A stretch of DNA of 62,947 nt, counting the filler, from Octopus bimaculoides (lineage: Eukaryota): the NCBI RefSeq assembly GCF_001194135.2. It is 7 parts of 5 records of this genome, joined end to end, with 100 filler letters (N's around TTAATTAATTAA, not from the genome) between each part and the next. Parts side by side here need not be neighbours in the genome. Positions count along the whole stretch, not along the records: positions 1 to 12,157 come from NC_068999.1; positions 12,258 to 32,124 come from NC_068983.1; 5 more parts are not named here. One strand, given 5' to 3'. The first letter of the stretch is position 1. Each line of letters begins with the position of its first letter. The position numbers were made by a program, and so were the translations under genes. The notes beneath the pieces were generated by a model. The model worked only from the letters and a program-made list of their open reading frames with translations. It did no database searches and was not told the DNA's origin. Of this stretch, positions 1-14,187 are shown piece after piece.

Positions 1-32
<32 letters not shown>

Positions 33-1683
33 GGATATGTATATGTTTCTATATATTTCGCTGAACGTAAGAGCGCATAGGCAAACACGCATAGGTTATC
101 ACGCTAACTGCTCTGCCTTCACATACAACTTAACACACAGAGACATATACACATTTATGGATGTGCTTTATATAAAAATAAAATCTTGTTGGCCTCGTTG
201 TCTATATACAATCCAAATATATACATTTTCCCCATTCAATTAACCTGATGTTTTCAACTTCAAAAGCCTCTATACATTGCCTGCAACTTATCCGAATAAT
301 TTCTTTTCAATGCTTAGAAGATATCTAAAGGAATTATGCTGATATTGATGCAAACACATCAGCTCTCGTTAAGGAATCATGAAAGATAAATCACTCATTG
401 GTCATTAATAGATGCCAACGTACTGAATCCTCAGTTGTCATATTCATTCGATGGTATTTCATCACACAAGCTTCCAAGCTTGATTCACTTTAACTGTATA
501 CAGTCAGTAAATATATATTTTGTTTATTCATCCCTGTCAGGTGTATATAACTACATAAAAAGATGACAAGGCAATTGTAGGAATTATTCGTAAATTAAAA
601 ATACATTAATGTAATGAAAGTAATTTGTCCACTTTGAGTTACGGACTTACACTTGTCCGTTTTGATTCGCTTAATTTCAAACAGAAACATGATTGATATT
701 CTCATTCCAGAAGCTTTAGACGTGACGCGAATCATTATTTACATACTTTGATAGTATAAAAAAAGTATTTCGTATTATTTAGATGCATCGAATACATTTT
801 CGTTGTACGCTAGAAACAAAATTGATCATAACATATGCAGATTGATAACTATATTTCAAAGTTGATAATTTATTTCGTACTTAGTTACACCAATAATGAA
901 TTCTCACATTTTCGAATGTGCAAATTTTATTGCCTTAAAAATAAAAGTGCATTTATTATATTCGTACTGTTTCAGTTCCTGCAAATATCATTAAATGTAT
1001 GTCTATCATAGAAGCCTGTTTTAGTGGAGTCCCAAATACGTGGACTTCCTACTACGATGTTCTTTGTATTTAATTTTGAATGCAAACTTTAAGCTAATTC
1101 TTAACTATATTAAGGACGACATTGATCGTAACTTCCTGAGTTCTAATCGAATTTTAGACATGAATTAAGCCCTCACGTTTGAATTATCAATACACGTTGA
1201 TAAAACACTGTTAGCAAACCACATATTGTGTCTGTTGTCATCTTCATTTATGTAACTGATATTATTGTAGAAAGATACAATGTTCGTTCGTTCGTTCGTT
1301 CGTTTGTTTGTGCAATGCTTATTCGTTGTTCACAGAAATCTACTTCAATGAGAGTCAATCAGTTGGTAATATTTGAATAATTACTGACGAATTTGTGTAA
1401 ACTTCTGAAAATGAATAATAATAATCTGTGCCGTAACTATTGTATACATATAAAAACATTCGCATATCAGATTATAGTCATGCATAACTGCATACACACG
1501 CACGCATAACTTGACTTATCACTGCTACATATATTTATAGTGACGTAACATTAAGATAGATGCACACACGTATACATAAACTAATACCCAAACACACACA
1601 TACACACGCATTTATTTGTATGCAAGCATATGCTGACACACACATATGTCTGTAAGTGTATATATATATATATACGACGACGA

Positions 1684-1835
1684 CGTGGGTCCCAGTTGAT
1701 CCGATCAACGGAACAGCCTACACGTGAAATTCACGTGCAAGTGACTGAGTACCCTACAGACACATGCACCTTTAATGCAGTTCTCGGGGAGATTCAGCGT
1801 GACACAGAGTGTGACAAAGTTGGACCTTTCAAATA
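1684..1835 (+). mobile_element. Interspersed repeat (SINE-like body, gttccagttgatccgatcaacggaac family)
   Basis: Homologous copies at about 18735-18900 (+) and 30730-30860 (-). Confidence 0.7.
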
Positions 1836-2053
1836 CACACACATGTGGAATCTTTCTGATTTTACGGGCGCCACTTGTTTTCTTAACGAAACACTTTCGA
1901 ATTTGGGACACTGGTAGAATGTGTCATATAAAACATTTATATTTTTAAAGTTATTTCGTGTTAAAATTGTCGTATTTCGGTAATTTCAACCAATGACTGA
2001 CGTCTATTGAGGTGAAAACAATTACTGCTGTGGAATGTAAACAACAATTTCTA

Positions 2054-2426
2054 GCGGCGTAATGGGATCGCTTCCTTTGAATAAAATTAGTGCCATTGTT
2101 TGTCAACAACTATTACCGGTGGTACTGTTATTTATGACATCGTTCGTTCGTTTGGACTGGTTTTAGCTTGAGGGTTTTAGAGATAGGGTTCGGGTTTTAG
2201 ATTTAGGGTTAGGGTCAGGGTTTGGCAAAAATACTCATAACCCTAACCCTAACCCTAAAACCCTACCCTAACCCTAACTCTAAAACCCCAACCCTTACCC
2301 TAAAACCCTAAATCTAAAACCAGTACAAACGCACGAACGATGCCATAAATAAGAGTAACGCCGATAGTTGTTGTTGACAAACAACGGCACTAATTTTCTT
2401 CAAGGGAAAATATCCCATTACACCGC
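2054..2426. mobile_element. Fold-back MITE with TA target duplication and inverted telomere-like repeats
   Basis: Termini GCGGCGTAATGGGAT...ATCCCATTACACCGC, flanked by TA (2052-53 and 2427-28). Imperfect arms of about 170 bp whose inner halves are TTAGGG/TTTTAGGG variants facing CCCTAA/CCCTAAAA variants. Confidence 0.82.
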
Positions 2427-5400
2427 TATATATCATATTGCGTATAAATTTATGGACATATTATTTATTCAGAATATTCTATAGAAATCAAGCCCTCAAG
2501 ATGAAGCAACGGAAATAGAACTATTGAGTAATAAATATAAACGTCGTTGATAGATCACGCATTATATAGACGAGCTTTAAAGAATAAAAAAATCAACCAA
2601 AACCTGGAAGATTTGTTTGAAAGTGTTGTATCATAACAGAAAAAATAGCCAGGCAAAATAAATTTAGATAATAGTAAAGTGACATCTAAAAAATATTCGT
2701 TTATATTTCTGCTGTATCAGGATTCACATTGAGCTAAAACACTAACAGCGTCATTGATAAACTAGATAAATATTTTCTAAAGCGCTATTATTATTGATGC
2801 GTATTTATTCTTATCAGTCTGATTATAAGATGGGTATTTTACTGTATCACACGATAGACCGCAGAATTCGGTATTTTAATTCCCACTGTCAGTGAAATGT
2901 TTGCTGCTAAAACGTAAATACTATTGCGACATATTTAACTTATTTTATCTAATTCTTTAAAAAGTCTGTTCATAGCTACGCACACAGAACGATGCCGCCG
3001 ACATCTGAAATCAGATGCTGAATTTTAAAATCCATTATCAATTTTACTTTTGTATGAACTTTGTCATTAATATTCACTGGATTTGATGACAACATTTATT
3101 ATACATCGAATAAAAGCTCTAACTTCATTTCATATCCTGATCATTTCACTCATCTGTTCTCCCATAAAGGTCAACCAACATAAATTAAAATATATCGAGC
3201 AATGAATGGCAGAAATTGCAGCTAAAAATCTTCCTGAACTCCCGCCTTCAAACATGAATGGTATCATATTGTGCAGTTCCTGTGAGAAATGGCAGAATAA
3301 AATAAACAATACAGCAGGACAATGGACACAACACCGAACTGTACCTATTACACACGAATTTAAAACCGACTAGTCAGAATTATTCTTGAATATATGACCA
3401 GTTGTCTTGCCCACTTTAGATTCCTGATGCCTATCCAACCCGACCATTTATGATTCCATATTTTGACATAGAAAGAACTACAAGTTATTTGAAATGCCAT
3501 CGACGATGCAAAGTGAAACCATGTCAAACATGAAAAAAAAAAAAAATGCGTGAAGCAATATAATATAAAATTCACCAGAACAGAATATTAGATCAAAAGA
3601 ACATTAAATAGGTTCATTTACTACAAATTAAGTGTAATGAGTGAGTTAGTATTCAGAAAATGACACAACTAATTTTAGCAAGCTAATATCCATTAGAAAG
3701 ATCCAAACTTATTTCTCTATTACCATCTTATCGTAGCTTCCCACATGATATTAGAACTCCGTATTTCCTCTTACGTAAAAGCCATTAAATTAATATAACC
3801 TTACAGGTGATTGAAGCCAAATAGGACCATTCCTGAAATTTGTTCATTGGTTTCAATTCGGTTGTCGATATCAATATAATGGATGATTTAATGTAATCTA
3901 ACGTAATGTAATGTATTGAACGCAGATTCACACGCATTCACACTCAAACAAAGGAAGACGTGTATACACATATGTAGGATACACACAGACACACACACAC
4001 ACTCATATATATATANNNNNNNNNNNNNNNNNNNNNNNNNNNNNNNNNNNNNNNNNNNNNNNNNNNNNNNNNNNNNNNNNNNNNNNNNNNNNNNNNNNNN
4101 NNNNNNNNNNNNNNNNNNNNNNNNNNNNNNNNNNNNNNNNNNNNNNNNNNNNNNNNNNNNNNNNNNNNNNNNNNNNNNNNNNNNNNNNNNNNNNNNNNNN
4201 NNNNNNNNNNNNNNNNNNNNNNNTATGTGTGTCTGTCCTTCTGTGTGTCTGCGTATACATGTCTGCACACACAAACACACAGTGGCACACATTCACACAC
4301 ATACACATACACATACATGTAATGTGGTACGCGTGTATGTGCTGATATTCATGATGGAACCAAGTAACCTTCCGCTATTTCCAATAATGACCTAAACCTT
4401 AAGAGCTGCACATCAAATTTCACCAAGGCTATTAATCAATTTTATGAGATTAATTCTTAACAAGTGATATCAAAATCAATTAAATATTTATTATTCCTTT
4501 CTTAATTGATATACGCTATATATGATTTGCTAGCAGATTCGATATGTGTTTACTTAAGGTTTAAGAGAAACGCAAGATATGCGGAGGAATACACCCACTG
4601 GTTATTTAACAATTGCGTCTGCGTAGATAGTCCGGCGTAAAAATTACTGTAGATTAATTACTTAATTAATTTCAGCATGAGTTCATACTAATAGGCTTTT
4701 TTTGTTTCCTGAAATGAAGATACAACTACAGAAGAAAGATGAGCGTTGGAAAGCAATTAAAACTAATAGAAAACATAAATATTCATTCGTATTTAAATTA
4801 AACACTGCCTTTAAATCTTTATTTCCCTGCAATCCATTATTACGATAGATGGATTGCGGCGCCTTTTATAAAAATCCAGCTTAATGCTAAATTATTTTCA
4901 TTGATCACATATGCTTCCATTTTGAAATTGAAACAAATATAATGGTAAAAGTATGTGTGTGTGTATAATTCGTAATAGAATGCTGGGATTTGTAACAAAA
5001 TGCCATATTCTGTGGTGTTCATGCAAGCAAATACAATGTTTTGCTCCCATACCCCAATGCATTTTCAAAGTATTTGCAATAAATGCACCAACGTTGTAAC
5101 GAGTGCTGCATTGCTAGGTTTATTCTCGAATAATTCCATTATATCCATTCGAAAAATCTACGCAGATCTCAGTTATATAAGTTTATAGGTATATTTGCGT
5201 GTGTGCATACGTTTGTGTGCATATGTGTGCATGTACGGTTTGTACGTTGTGTTGCTGGAGTTGGTGTGTGTTCATGTGGCTGTTTGTGTACTTGTGTACA
5301 GAAAGAATATCCGTTTTAAAGCCCCTTGTCAAATATGTCTCAATTCAACTTAAGTACTCGGGGATTTATGCCACCTTCGTATTTTTAATTGGTGTTTCTT

Positions 5401-8400
5401 CGTCCTGTTTTTATTATATAAACGGAAGATGTGTTGCTTAGAATCCATTGTTTTATATCTCCTCAATTTTATTCGATTGTCCAAAGAATATGTATAAGAA
5501 TATGTATATGTATTTTTCCATATGTGTATTTTCATACACTGTTTTTAACACTGTTTTTAACAATTTCACCTTAATATCAGAGAATGTGTGACAATCAGTA
5601 TGTAACACTACAAAGTTCATACAAAGCTTTATACTTTAAATATATTTTATCATCAAAGAATGTATATATGCATTTTAATACTCAAACTGTTTTTTAACAT
5701 TTTTTATTATTCTCAAAGACTTTTGATAATCTTTTTCTAAAAAAGTGAAACCGGTTAAGTAAATAAATATTTTAAAAAAATAAGTGCATTTTCAAACCTT
5801 CTCTCATATATATTTCCACTCGTACGGTATTCCACAACTTTACTTTATTATATATATATNNNNNNNNNNNNNNNNNNNNNNNNCCGGGAGACATATTTAT
5901 TTTAGTGTATATAATTTATTTCCCTGCCAATTTTGACCCACAAAAAGCGTATTATAAGCCGCATCAACCATATTATTTCCAGAAGAAATAAAACATCTAT
6001 GGCGGTTGTATACTCTCTTGTGTCTACATATTGCTATCAAATTACCGTTTATATTTATTCCAACTCGGTTCACCTTGCACAATAAAGTCTAATCAACGTT
6101 TTAAATTTTGGAATGTATTATAGCATTAACCGTGAATGCATTTGTCATGTTTATTGGTCTCTCTTTTGACCTTAATTGTTGCATAAATACGATTTAAGAG
6201 AAGCTTTGTAAAATTTCATTGTATGAAAGTATATTGATGAGTTACTTGCGTGTCCCAATGCATTTTCACATTCTATTCTATATAATGATATTTGACAAGC
6301 GAAATTCTATCATTTTCAAGTACGTATTGCCTACCTAAGTGGTTTGTATTAAGAAGCTTTGCTTCTTGAAAAGGTTTAATCGAAAGTGTTATGGTGCTCA
6401 GAATGAAAGGATTCTTATAAAGGACACGATTATTCTGACAAGTACGTATTGAAACACTTGCCATAACAATAAGACTATTGAAAAGAGTGCAGCTTCTTAT
6501 TGAACTTCATGTTCACTCCGAAATTACGCAACAGTAAGTTTACATTCATTCATTTATTCATAAGTATTATACGCGATACACTGAGGGAAATTACGATTAT
6601 GAGATTCCGATCATTTCAACTAGGACTTTAATTCTGGGTAAATATAAACACACGTACATAAAATGTGTAAGTACGTCTACGTGTTTTACAATATGAAATC
6701 GTGAAGAATCTTCGGAATATATTATGCAACTTCAGTCTGAATTTTCACTGCATCACCTTTAACACTTTCGATCTAACTTCAGACTTCCTTATTGTCAAGG
6801 AATATATTTCTCGATTCAGTGTGGTAACAGCGTGAATTGTTTTTTTTAACTCTTCTATGTCTACCTAAACGTCTATTTACATGCATACATACAAACATAC
6901 ATACATACATACATACATACATGCATACTTACGTACACACACGCACACACTCACAGCATATGACCTTATTGTTAGAAAATTGATGTCTGCCACGCACTTT
7001 TATATATTCGTATTTGGAAATTATGCAGGAGAATGATGGCAGTAATATCAAAGAAATTTACTTGCCACTGAAAAGAGAACATCGAAAATGCTTTAATTCA
7101 ACTAATGCATAGTATATCTCCATTTCTATCATTTCTTATATTATGCACCATATGTAATTTTGTTTAGAATTAATTTGAAATAGCATTCTCAAAAATGTGC
7201 TTATGCAATAACACTAATAGTTCAGTCTACGTTACATAAAGTTCGATAAAATTCACAACGAAATTATAAGAACCCCATGATCTTGACATTCTTTGCTCCT
7301 CTGTATCATTTAAGTACGTATTGCCTATCTAAGTGGTTTGTATTTATAACCTTTGCTTCTTGAAAAGGTTTAATCGCCTCATCATATTTTAGACAATTCG
7401 TGTTTCATATTATATTTGTGAGGATCACGCACGTATCAGTTGCTTCACACTCTTTTAACCACTGACTCCGTACATAATGACTGTACTCAGAGTACTCTGT
7501 GTAAATTTCCTAGAGAGCATATCGGAATTTATATTCGAAAATGTACTCACCCTTGAATGTGTGTAATTTGTTTTTATAAAAGTAATTTACGTACGTTTCT
7601 GTTTATATCTACACGACTTCTATTTTGCTTTAGTAATTATCCACACAACATACGTAGCTCATCAGGTTCTCACCGTTTCGAGGTGTTACTCAATGTAGAT
7701 TGACATGGGAATCTGTTTGAGCGTACATATGTGTGTGTGTGTGCTTGGAAGCGTTTTAGATTGTGCTTGTATGTAATTTCCTTTTCAGTCCGCCAAATTT
7801 ATACGACTTATCTTTGCCACAAATTGCGGTTATTTACCCACGGCCTGATCATCCTTCTTCTTAGGTAATCGTTAAATCAATACTCTTCAGAGGAAAACCT
7901 TACATCACTACAGAATGGAATTACAATATGAAATTCTATTGACTTATTTAATCGACAAGAATATTTGCAATATTATCAAACACACAGGCTGTCCTAGATA
8001 TACAAGTTATACAGGCTGCTAGATTAAGGGATGCAAGTACTAAACCACTCAAACAATCACCATTCAAAATGTGCACTGCTGTCAAGGACACTACAATTCA
8101 ATTTTAGCGGACATCTTTGATGAAATTGCTCTGAATTCTATGGGATAACACGTGATATTTATTCAAGTCACTCGATTATATGGCTTACCGGTTTCAGTAT
8201 ATATTGTATTTTGAATGAAATGACACTTATGGTGTTTCCATCTCTATATATTAGAATAACTTTTATAATTTCAGATACATTTTCATATACTCTTAATAAA
8301 TATAACGTTTCTTCTTTTTGTTTTTCAGAAAGACGTTAGCTGCGAAAATGAATTTCATTAGATTGATTTCTGTCATTTAATTTTCGCTACTAGTAGAACT

Positions 8401-9358
8401 ATAACGCATTCATAGTTTGCAAAAATTTAGCAGCTCGAATTTTGTTTTCTCTTATATAAAATATTCATATTATATCAATTTTTTTAATTTTTACACATCA
8501 TATTATCGTTCTATTGCTAATTACTAGTGATTACAAAGGGAAAATGGATTTAAAGATTCTAGTGATATGGAATTTGAAAAGAGCTTTCTAAAACTTCGCA
8601 AATTTTCAATAGTTGATATGATAAATATTTCAACAGTATCGTATCATTAATTAATACAACACGAGGATACTAATTAGATTTTTAATGATAAATGAAAATA
8701 TATTCCTGATAATTCGATACGACATAGCAAAGAATATTGTTGAATAGTCTTAGGAACATACACACGCACGTGCGCGCATACTCATACACACACACGCACA
8801 CGCATAAACACCATACACAGATTGTTATATATATATATATATATATATNNNNNNNNNNNNNNNNNNNNNNNNNNNNNNNNNNNNNNNNNNNNNNNNNNNN
8901 NNNNNNNNNNNNNNNNNNNNNNNNNNNNNNNNNNNNNNNNNNNNNNNNNNNNNNNNNNNNNNNNNNNNNNNNNNNNNNNNNNNNNNNNNNNNNNNNNNNN
9001 NNNNNNNNNNNNNNATTATATATGTTATATATGCATATGCAATATATATGCGGTAATTACATGAACACGAAAGTATTTACCGATACTGAATATTTATATG
9101 AATAAGCATTCAGATATTTATATCGGATTCTAGTTCTTAATCTTCCTTCTATGCCTCACTGTTTCACAAGAACACATATAGATCTTATATTCCTTTATAT
9201 CATGTCTCTATATATATGATGATTGTTACATTGATAGATACATACATACGCACATGTATATGTAATACGAAGGTCAGTGTACGTATGCGATGTATATACG
9301 CACACACACACACACACACACACNNNNNNNNNNACACACACACACACACACATATATG

Positions 9359-9395
<37 letters not shown>

Positions 9396-10804
9396 GTGTG
9401 TGCATGTGTGTCTGTGTACGTGTGTATGCATGACACTAGAATGGTTTGTGTATGTGTGGAAGAAGTTCATATTAATTAAATTTTTAAACAAATACTTTGT
9501 TTATAATCAATTTATGGAACTCCACTGAGATACGTATGCAACAATCATACAAATCTATTCACCAATATTAACAATACTAATCTAAAGAAAAATAATATAT
9601 TCCAAGAACTGGAAAATATTATAGACTTTGCATCGGTCCACATAGAAGCGTAACGGAGACGCTAACAAAGGATTTAGGTTCTACAATAATTAATTATATA
9701 AAATGAATGCAAATACTACAAACAACGGTTCGAAACACTTACATGTATTGAATTGAATATGTAGTGTCCAGGTGTTCACATACCACTGAATATCAGTTTC
9801 TATGTTGCGATGATATTGAGGTATTCTATAGCTTGCGTTCAATGTACCATGAAAAACATTCACCACAGCGACGATAACATGTGTAAGTACGTACAAATGA
9901 CTATACATAGATATACATACATACATACACACACACACATATATANNNNNNNNNNNNNNNNNNNNNNNNNNNNNNNNNNNNNNNNNNNNNNNNNNNNNNN
10001 NNNNNNNNNNNNNNNNNNNNNNNNNNNNNNNNNNNNNNNNNNNNNNNNNNNNNNNNNNNNNNNNNNNNNNNNNNNNNNNNNNNNNNNNNNNNNNNNNNNN
10101 NNNNNNNNNNNNNNNNNNNNNNNNNNNNNNNNNNNNNNNNNNNNNNNNNNNNNNNNNNNNNNNNNNNNNNNNNNNNNNNNNNNNNNNNNNNNNNNNNNNN
10201 NNNNNNNNNNNNNNNNNNNNNNNNNNNNNNNNNNNNNNNNNNNNNNNNNNNNNNNNNNNNNNNNNNNNNNNNNNNNNNNNNNNNNNNNNNNNNNNNNNNN
10301 NNNNNNNNNNNNNNNNNNNNNNNNNNNNNNNNNNNNNNNNNNNNNNNNNNNNNNNNNNNNNNNNNNNNNNNNNNNNNNNNNNNNNNNNNNNNNNNNNNNN
10401 NNNNNNNNNNNNNNNNNNNNNNNNNNNNNNNNNNNNNNNNNNNNNNNNNNNNNNNNNNNNNNNNNNNNNNNNNNNNNNNNNNNNNNNNNNNNNNNNNNNN
10501 NNNNNNNNNNNNNNNNNNNNNNNNNNNNNNNNNNNNNNNNNNNNNNNNNNNNNNNNNNNNNNNNNNNNNNNNNNNNNNNNNNNNNNNNNNNNNNNNNNNN
10601 NNNNNNNNNNNNNNNNNNNNNNNNNNNNNNNNNNNNNNNNNNNNNNNNNNNNNNNNNNNNNNNNNNNNNNNNNNNNNNNNNNNNNNNNNNNNNNNNNNNN
10701 NNNNNNNNNNNNNNNNNNNNNNNNNNNNNNNNNNNNNNNNNNNNNNNNNNNNNNNNNNNNNNNNNNNNNNNNNNNNNNNNNNNNNNNNNNNNNNNNNNNN
10801 NNNN

Positions 10805-11460
10805 TGTATCACATTCGACAATAATTACAGGTATAAATCTGAACTTGTAATCTGGATAGAGTAACTGCAGATTTCTCAATAGTTCAGCGTAGGTATTCTT
10901 TTCATTGTCCATCAGCTTCATTTTAACATCTACCGGGCATTTATTTCCACAAATGTACACACACAGTTTCTTTTGTTTCTCCTAAATCATTGTATCAGGG
11001 CAGTTGTGCTTACATTTTATTGAGGTTTCACAGGGACATTCCACAAGTATTCATTTTTATTATTAGTGGCTATGACTTCTACCATACTGTGGTCTCGTAT
11101 TTCTTTGTCCTCGTGGTTTTCCTTCAGACGGATTTCATTATAGAGTGTCCTAGCTACAAAATCATGTCTAATCGGTAGATAAAACCGTGATGATATTTTC
11201 AGACCGTTGATTATGACGTGGGTGATATCTTCGGTGTTAACTCTACAAAGTCAGAATCGGTTGTCACATTTTACAGCTTTTCGTGCATCTCTATCCCTTT
11301 TGTACATCATGCATTTGGTTGATAGTTCCTGGTTCTGGATTGGGTCTATACATTCGACAAAAATTTCTTCAAAGTGTTTCCCCAGTGTGAGCGTAGTATA
11401 ATGACTGAAACATGTAAACGGTATCGCATAAAACCTGCCAATAAACCATATGTTACCATA
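10805..11460 (-). mobile_element. 3' part of an RLE-type non-LTR retrotransposon (R4/Dong-like), degenerate
   Basis: Minus strand reads IQNQELSTKCMMYKRD..CDNRF*LCRVNTEDITHVI...RFYLPIRHD (decayed zinc knuckle + RHD), YLWNVPVK/TSIKCKHNCPD, then CPVDVKMKLMDNEKNTYAELLRNLQLLYPDYKFRFIPVII (restriction-like endonuclease region). Clade is inferred. Confidence 0.82.
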
Positions 11461-12157
11461 ATCACCTTCTTATCGTATTTCAGTATCGTTTTGACACCTT
11501 GTAGTAGCATTGAAACCAGCAGTGAAATATATAAACGTTAGCTAGAAACCAACAGACAAAGAGCAGGAATGAAACATTAGAGTAATGTGTCAATTACAGT
11601 AAACACTGCTTAATATTTAAATCTGACAACATCTAATACAAACCAAATAGTATCAACATATAGTTACAAAGCTAGGAATAAAGAGAAGAATCACAATAAC
11701 CAAGAAACAGAAAGGTTACCGGAGAAGTATTTTGCTCTCTCGAAAAGCTATGGAACGAAGTATTAGAGAACTAAATGCGTTTAGTGAAACTTACTGAGAG
11801 ACCAAAACATGACATGAAAAAAAAAAACGCACCGGGGAAAATAAACCTAGAATATCAGCTTACAGATTAACTAATGAACATAGACAAACAGATATGATGG
11901 TTCTCATTCTATACCACATTCCGAACATGAAAACGCACCAAACTCGAATCGATTGTAATCTATACCACATGAATATATATGGATTTGCTTATGTATGCGT
12001 GTATAAGTTTATGTGTACGGAGACGGCGGAGTATAACATTTTGTTACACTGAATAATATCCGTATGTTTTAGAACACATTACAAAAAAGCAGTCAAACAT
12101 TGATGTGAATGTATGTATGTATAATGTGTGCATATATAATATATATATATATATATA

Positions 12158-12257
12158 NNNNNNNNNNNNNNNNNNNNNNNNNNNNNNNNNNNNNNNNNNN
12201 NTTAATTAATTAANNNNNNNNNNNNNNNNNNNNNNNNNNNNNNNNNNNNNNNNNNNN
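12158..12257. other. Artificial assembly spacer N44-TTAATTAATTAA-N44
   Basis: The same 100-bp cassette occurs at 32125, 41335, 55753, 58683 and 60616. The 12-mer puts a stop in all six frames. Confidence 0.93.
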
Positions 12258-12627
12258 TTCCACACCTGAAACTTCTCCTCTAGTTCTGATAGTGACTCCG
12301 CAATTAGTGCAAGGTCATCAGCATAGAGGAGCTCCCAGGGGCAACCTGTCTTGAATTCCTCTGTGATCGCCTGGAGGACTATGATAAATAGGAGGGGGCT
12401 GAGGACGGAACCTTGGTGGATCCCTACCTCTACCTGGAATTCATTACTGTACTCATTTCCAACCCTCACCTTACTGGCAGCATCTCTGTACATGGCTCGC
12501 ACAGCTCTCACTAACCATTCTTCTATCCCAAGTTTCCTCATTGACCACCAGATAAGGGATCGGGGGACCCTGTCAAAGGCTTTCTCCATGTCAACGAAGG
12601 CCAGGTACAGAGGTTTATCCTTGGCTA
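12258..12627 (-). mobile_element. RTE-clade LINE reverse transcriptase fragment
   Basis: ORF 12206-12589: MEKAFDRVPR...GIHQGSVLSPLLF...ELLYADDLALIA, with the QG and YADD RT motifs. Confidence 0.93.
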
Positions 12628-12965
12628 GGTTATATATATATATATTTATAGATATTTATATATATTTATAGATATTTATAGATATTTATATATATTTCGT
12701 TTTTGAATTCAGTTTGCAATATTCTTTAAGTGAGTTCATGTGTTGAAGCAGAAAATCTAAGCATAAACTGCAGAGCATTTAGTTTGATGCCCTTATAGGT
12801 TCCAGTAATCTACCGTCCTGATTTGCAGTTTTTTAACTGAGTTCTAAAAGGATGAAAAATTTGTTGACTTAGGTGGGGTTGGAACCCAGAGCACACAGTC
12901 AGAATCAATACTGTGAGGTTTTCTATCCAGTTCTCTGATGACTCTTTCAACATGCTGTCATTTAA

Positions 12966-13185
12966 CCTTTTAGCTTTTAAACCAAACATTTCCAGCCAAT
13001 ATATTTTTCTTGTCTTATGTTCAGACTGGCCAGATCCAGCCTCTCACATCAATCCTTCAATGTCATTCAAAAAATAAACAATCACATCATTGAAATCCCA
13101 AGGCTACTAAACAATGCATGATTAATTCAAAACAATGTGAAGAAATAAGCATTATGTTTGACAGAATAATCTGATTGCTAAAGGG
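12966..13185. mobile_element. piggyBac-like TTAA MITE, family 1
   Basis: TTAA|CCTTTTAGC...GCTAAAGGG|TTAA; 220 bp. Confidence 0.8.
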
Positions 13186-13201
13186 TTAAAGCTTGTCTTA
13201 A

Positions 13202-13411
13202 GCCTTTAGTGTTTAAACTGGCCCAGATATTCTACATGTTTTATATTCAAACTGGCGATATCTAGCCTCTCACACCTAACCTACATTGACATTCTAAATA
13301 TAAACAATCGCATCATTGAAACCTCAAAGCTATAAGATAATGCATGATTAATTCAAAACAATTTGAGTGAAAAAGTATTACATTTAACAAGGTAATCTGA
13401 ACACTAAAGGG
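13202..13411. mobile_element. piggyBac-like TTAA MITE, family 1, adjacent second copy
   Basis: TTAA|GCCTTTAGTG...CACTAAAGGG|TTAA; colinear with 12966-13185. Confidence 0.8.
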
Positions 13412-14187
13412 TTAAACCTCACTCTTTTTCTGGTCCTAGCCAGTTGGTTGTGGCTGTTTTGTGGTATTCCCATCAAAATTCATGATCCGGTGGGAATCAA
13501 GCTCAAGAACTCTTTGTGTCTTTTTCTATGTGAGATTATGTGACTGACTAATAACCTACTTCACTACTTACGGTAGTAATAAATTTTGCTTTGCTTTGAA
13601 TCCATGTACACATGAAATGGTTGATTGGACAAGGTTTTAAATTAACAACTCAATAATACTCTCAGTTAAATCCACTGTAGATATTTCATTATGAAATTTT
13701 TATCTGACCATAGAAAATCTGCCTCAACAAAATTAAGTCTGACTCATGCAAGAAAAGTGAATATTAGGCAAAAACGATGATGAAGGTGGCGGTGATGGTG
13801 TTGTTGTTGATGATGGTGATGGTGGTGGTGCAGTTATCTCTCTATGCACCAACTTGCCTCGCTATTGGGAATTAACATCGGATCTTCTTGGAATATTGCC
13901 TGAACAAAACTGACACTATACCCAGAGGGAGTCTCATTTCTCTATCACTCTCTACTGTGAATCCAAAGCTAAGAACCACTCCCCTGAATATCTCATGAGA
14001 TACAGGAAATGTTTATATTTTAGTTCTAGTCCTTGACGTTCTGAGTTCAAATATTGCTGCTGTCACCTTGATATATCATTCTTCCAAGGTTGATAAAAAA
14101 AAAAATATCAGTGAAATATTTAGGTTTCATTGCCTATACCCTTCCTGAAAATTCATGGCCCAATAACACTGTTAGAAATCTGTATAG

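Noticed and set aside
2165-2320. True telomere or chromosome-fusion scar
   Set aside because: Repeats are short, degenerate and embedded symmetrically in TIR arms with a TA duplication.
7789-7864. Possible 76-nt plus-strand exon (ttttcAG...TAG|GTAATC)
   Set aside because: One open frame gives an unrecognisable peptide and no partner exons were found.
9810-10960. Long ORFs of 250-366 aa in the ORF track (also 21.0, 24.6, 34.7, 44.5 and 59.2 kb)
   Set aside because: They are open only because they span N runs.
12202-12213. TTAATTAATTAA motif recurring six times
   Set aside because: Always centred in N44...N44; an inserted all-frame-stop assembly spacer, not biology.
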